DNA of 64,000 nucleotides from an uncultured Rhizobiaceae bacterium (GTDB lineage Bacteria; Pseudomonadota; Alphaproteobacteria; UBA7879; VGCX01): NCBI GenBank assembly GCA_964350815.1, contig CAYGKW010000003.1, positions 26,500 to 90,499 of the forward strand, read 5' to 3'. Shown piece by piece: positions 61,215 to 64,000 of this stretch (position 1 is its first letter; each line of letters starts with the position of its first letter). The notes under the pieces were generated by a model. It saw only the letters and a program-made list of their open reading frames with translations, ran no database searches and was not told where the DNA came from. The position numbers and the translations under genes were made by a program.

Positions 61215-62305
61215 TGCTATACATACTTGCAACACACTTTTCATCTGACTATCATTTTTTAAATGTATTTCGATATATTACCTTTCGAACGGGGGGCGCC
61301 TTATTAACCAGCTTAATAATTGGCTTTTGGATGGGCCCAAAAGTTATTAGATGGCTTAAAGATGTGCAGAAAAAAGGACAGCCAATCCGTAAAGATGGTC
61401 CTGAATCACACCTTTTAACAAAGCAAGGAACACCCACAATGGGGGGTGTTATAATTTTAATAGGGGTAACAGCAGGCACACTTTTGTGGGGGAACCTTGA
61501 AAATCCTTATATTCTTATCTGCTTAGGCACCACACTCGCCTTAGGGTTTTTAGGTGGTATTGATGATTACTTAAAACTAAAACACCACAGTCACAAAGGC
61601 ATTTCAGGAAAAGTAAAACTTATTTTTCAAATTGGGGTCGGTATTATTGTTAGCCTGGAAATAATGCAACATATGCCTGCGCATTTAAGTACCCATTTAA
61701 CCCTTCCCTTTTTCAAAAACTTATTAATTGATCTTGGATGGTTTTATATTCCTTTTATTATTGTGGTTATCACAGGGGCGTCCAACGCTGTAAATTTAAC
61801 AGATGGATTGGACGGTCTGGCAATCGGCCCGGTTATTATATGTGCATTGTGTTTTGCCGTTATTGCCTATCTTGTTGGGAACGTTATTTTTGCAAACTAT
61901 TTACAAATTCATCACATCCCAAAAAGCGGAGAAGTTGCAATTTTTTGTGGCTCTCTTATTGGTGCTGGGCTTGGATTTTTATGGTACAACGCCCCCCCTG
62001 CAAAGGTATTCATGGGGGATACGGGGTCTTTAGCCATTGGTGGTGGTCTTGGAACAATCAGCATCATAACAAAGCATGAAATTGTTTTATCAATCATTGG
62101 GGGGTTATTTGTTTTAGAGGCCCTATCCGTTATGATTCAGGTCTTATATTTCAAGATTTCGGGGGGGAAACGGATATTTTTAATGGCCCCTGTTCACCAT
62201 CATTTTGAAAAGAAAGGATGGTCTGAGCCGACTATTGTTATTCGGTTTTGGATTATCGCAATTATATTTGCCTTAATTGGCTTATCCACGTTAAAATTAA
62301 GATAA
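61214..62305 (+). CDS. mraY: phospho-N-acetylmuramoyl-pentapeptide transferase
   Basis: 363 aa, 10 TM; NAVNLTDGLDGLA and PAKVFMGDTGSLAIGG motifs. Confidence 0.95.
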   Translation: MLYILATHFSSDYHFLNVFRYITFRTGGALLTSLIIGFWMGPKVIRWLKDVQKKGQPIRKDGPESHLLTKQGTPTMGGVIILIGVTAGTLLWGNLENPYILICLGTTLALGFLGGIDDYLKLKHHSHKGISGKVKLIFQIGVGIIVSLEIMQHMPAHLSTHLTLPFFKNLLIDLGWFYIPFIIVVITGASNAVNLTDGLDGLAIGPVIICALCFAVIAYLVGNVIFANYLQIHHIPKSGEVAIFCGSLIGAGLGFLWYNAPPAKVFMGDTGSLAIGGGLGTISIITKHEIVLSIIGGLFVLEALSVMIQVLYFKISGGKRIFLMAPVHHHFEKKGWSEPTIVIRFWIIAIIFALIGLSTLKLR

Positions 62306-63684
62306 TGAATTTACAGCACTTACAAGGAAAAACAGCGTATGTTGTCGGTCTAGGGCGATCTGGTATAGCTACAATTAATGCATTAAAAAAAGCCCATGTG
62401 AAAATTTATGCTTGGGATGATGGGTCAAGCAGTCGGGCAAACATCCAAGATTCAGATATTAATTTGATCCCCCCCGAAGAATTAAATTATGATCTTATTG
62501 ATTTTTTGGCTATAAGCCCAGGCATACCAAATCTTCATCCTTTTCCACACCCAGCTGCATCGAAAGCCCGAAAAGAAGGCATTCCCCTTATTTGTGATGT
62601 AGAACTTTTTGCACAGGGCATTAACAATATGCCTATTGATAAGCAACCCAAGGTTATTGGAATCACCGGAACAAATGGTAAATCTACCGTTACTGCGATG
62701 ACAACCCATGTTTTAAACGTCCTTGGGTACAAAGCATATGCTGGCGGAAACATTGGAAATGCTGTTTTTAATTTACCCGACATACTGTCAAACCAATTTT
62801 ATGTTTTAGAATTATCTTCTTATCAACTGGAATTAATAGAAAGTCCTTTTTTATCAGCAGCCTTGCTTATTAATATTTCTGAAGATCATTTGGAACGCCA
62901 CGGGGGAATGAAAGGTTATATTAAAGCCAAAGAACATATCTTTCGTCTGACAAAATCTGGGGGTAAAAATATTATTGGTATCGATGATACTTATACAGCC
63001 CAAATTCATGAAAACTATAAAAACATGTTATTGGGTTTTTCTACAACCAAACAAACTGAAAACATGGTTCACGTTTCTAATGGACATCTTATTAACCCCA
63101 GAACCCAAGAATCCATAAATCTTTACAAAACATCCATTTTAAAGGGAACACATAATCATCAAAATATTGCGGCTTGTTATACCTTATTAAGTCAATTAAT
63201 TGAACTGACAATGGAAGACTTTGGAAACGCTTTACAAAGTTTCAAAGGGCTTCCCCACAGGCAAGAATTTATATCAAGTAAAAACGGCATAATATTTATT
63301 AATGACAGTAAGGCTACAAGTCTGGAAGCCGCTGCAAAATCCCTGGAAAATTACAAAAATATCTATTGGATTATGGGGGGGCAGGCAAAAACAAATTGGG
63401 ATAAGGTCTCTATCGTGGCCCCTTTTTACGACAATATTCGTCGTATCTATAGTTTTGGGGAATCAGGTGAACTGTATGCACATCTATTTTCTAAAGATAT
63501 CCTTGCAAAAAATTATGAAGATATGCAAAAGGCAATTGATGCTGCTTATATGGATGCAAGTTCAGATACAGATGAAAGTGTTATTTTATTATCCCCTGCT
63601 TGTTCTTCATTTGATCAATTCAAAGACTTTGAAGATCGTGGAAACCAATTTAAAGCATTTGTAAAAACGATGGTAGGCGAATAA
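62305..63684 (+). CDS. murD: UDP-N-acetylmuramoylalanine--D-glutamate ligase
   Basis: MNLQHLQGKTAYVVGLGRSG N-terminus, GTNGKST P-loop; TAATG overlap with mraY; the ORF-track upstream extension is rejected. Confidence 0.9.
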   Translation: MNLQHLQGKTAYVVGLGRSGIATINALKKAHVKIYAWDDGSSSRANIQDSDINLIPPEELNYDLIDFLAISPGIPNLHPFPHPAASKARKEGIPLICDVELFAQGINNMPIDKQPKVIGITGTNGKSTVTAMTTHVLNVLGYKAYAGGNIGNAVFNLPDILSNQFYVLELSSYQLELIESPFLSAALLINISEDHLERHGGMKGYIKAKEHIFRLTKSGGKNIIGIDDTYTAQIHENYKNMLLGFSTTKQTENMVHVSNGHLINPRTQESINLYKTSILKGTHNHQNIAACYTLLSQLIELTMEDFGNALQSFKGLPHRQEFISSKNGIIFINDSKATSLEAAAKSLENYKNIYWIMGGQAKTNWDKVSIVAPFYDNIRRIYSFGESGELYAHLFSKDILAKNYEDMQKAIDAAYMDASSDTDESVILLSPACSSFDQFKDFEDRGNQFKAFVKTMVGE

Positions 63685-64000
63685 TGGCAGATTTTTTATC
63701 CAGGGCAGACCGAAGTGTTTTAGGAAAATGGTGGTGGACCATTGATAAACCTCTGTTATTTTCTTTTATCACCCTATTAATAACAGGCGTATTTTTAAGT
63801 TTTGCAGCAAGTCCTGTTGTTGCTGATCGTATTAATCTTGATTCCTATTTTTTCGTTAAAAGACATGCCATAATGGCAGCCGTTGCCTTTATGATCATGA
63901 TAGTTTTTTCAATTTTAAAAACAAAGAATATACGATTCTTGTCTTGGGGAATTTTTGTTTTTTGTTTTATATCCCTTATTCTAACCCCCATTGTTGGTAT
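63685..64000 (+). CDS. ftsW: cell division protein FtsW (SEDS family), 5' partial in window
   Basis: Starts 1 nt after the murD stop; N-terminal TM helices; canonical dcw position; truncated by the window end. Confidence 0.75.

Noticed and set aside
62248-62304. Upstream 19-aa extension of murD (MDYRNYICLNWLIHVKIKI) and similar extensions on csp (31532), fdx (41924), the small secreted ORF (51796) and ORF 5021..6397
   Set aside because: Extensions lie inside upstream genes and lack an RBS; internal ATGs have good SD sequences and match family N-termini

Overview
This 64 kb window is an AT-rich alphaproteobacterial chromosome segment with no rRNA, CRISPR, integrase or transposase. On gene content and gene order it looks like a Rickettsiales/Holosporales-type intracellular symbiont; that attribution is inference.

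Core genes recognised from motifs:
- Fatty acid and cell wall: fabF and acpP on the minus strand, next to mltG.
- Redox and Fe-S: trxA, trxB, a BolA-family protein, grxD, and an isolated fdx-iscX pair.
- TCA cycle: mdh, sucC and sucD.
- Replication, repair and translation: dut, lysS, ssb, gyrA, mutY, a small RNase D, pepP, prmA and uvrD.
- Fatty acid initiation: accB and accC.
- Cell division (dcw) cluster at the 3' end: mraZ, rsmH, ftsL, ftsI, murE, murF, mraY, murD and the start of ftsW.
- Three tRNAs: Lys-TTT, Ser-CGA and Pro-GGG.

Accessory content:
- A lipid A aminoarabinose module: arnT, arnB, arnC, an ArnA decarboxylase-domain-only protein, and two tandem 10-TM EamA transporters.
- A PurC-like protein with degenerate catalytic motifs, embedded in the sucCD-bolA-grxD-lysS operon.
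- An asnB-like amidotransferase plus two GT4 glycosyltransferases next to tRNA-Ser.
- AT-rich acyltransferase-3 and MBL-hydrolase genes.
- Several secreted or lipoprotein ORFs of unknown function. These include a GC-rich Arg-rich ORF preceded by a 20-aa leader ORF, and a GC-rich divergent pair consisting of an Ala-rich secreted protein and a class-3 lipase (FRGT...GHSLGG).

Non-coding structure:
- A 10-bp-phased array of TYCCAT direct repeats upstream of mraZ, which I read as a candidate MraZ operator.
- A 12-bp perfect hairpin in the mraZ leader.
- Three tandem, degenerate palindromic repeat units of about 57 bp between the MBL hydrolase and a membrane protein.
- A 27-bp direct repeat flanking the arnT-arnB spacer.
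- Several clean rho-independent terminators.

I found nothing that demonstrates a new system. The best candidates for follow-up are the lipase/Ala-rich secreted pair, the GC-rich Arg-rich ORF with its leader peptide, the PurC-like pseudoenzyme, and the unusual arn cluster organisation.
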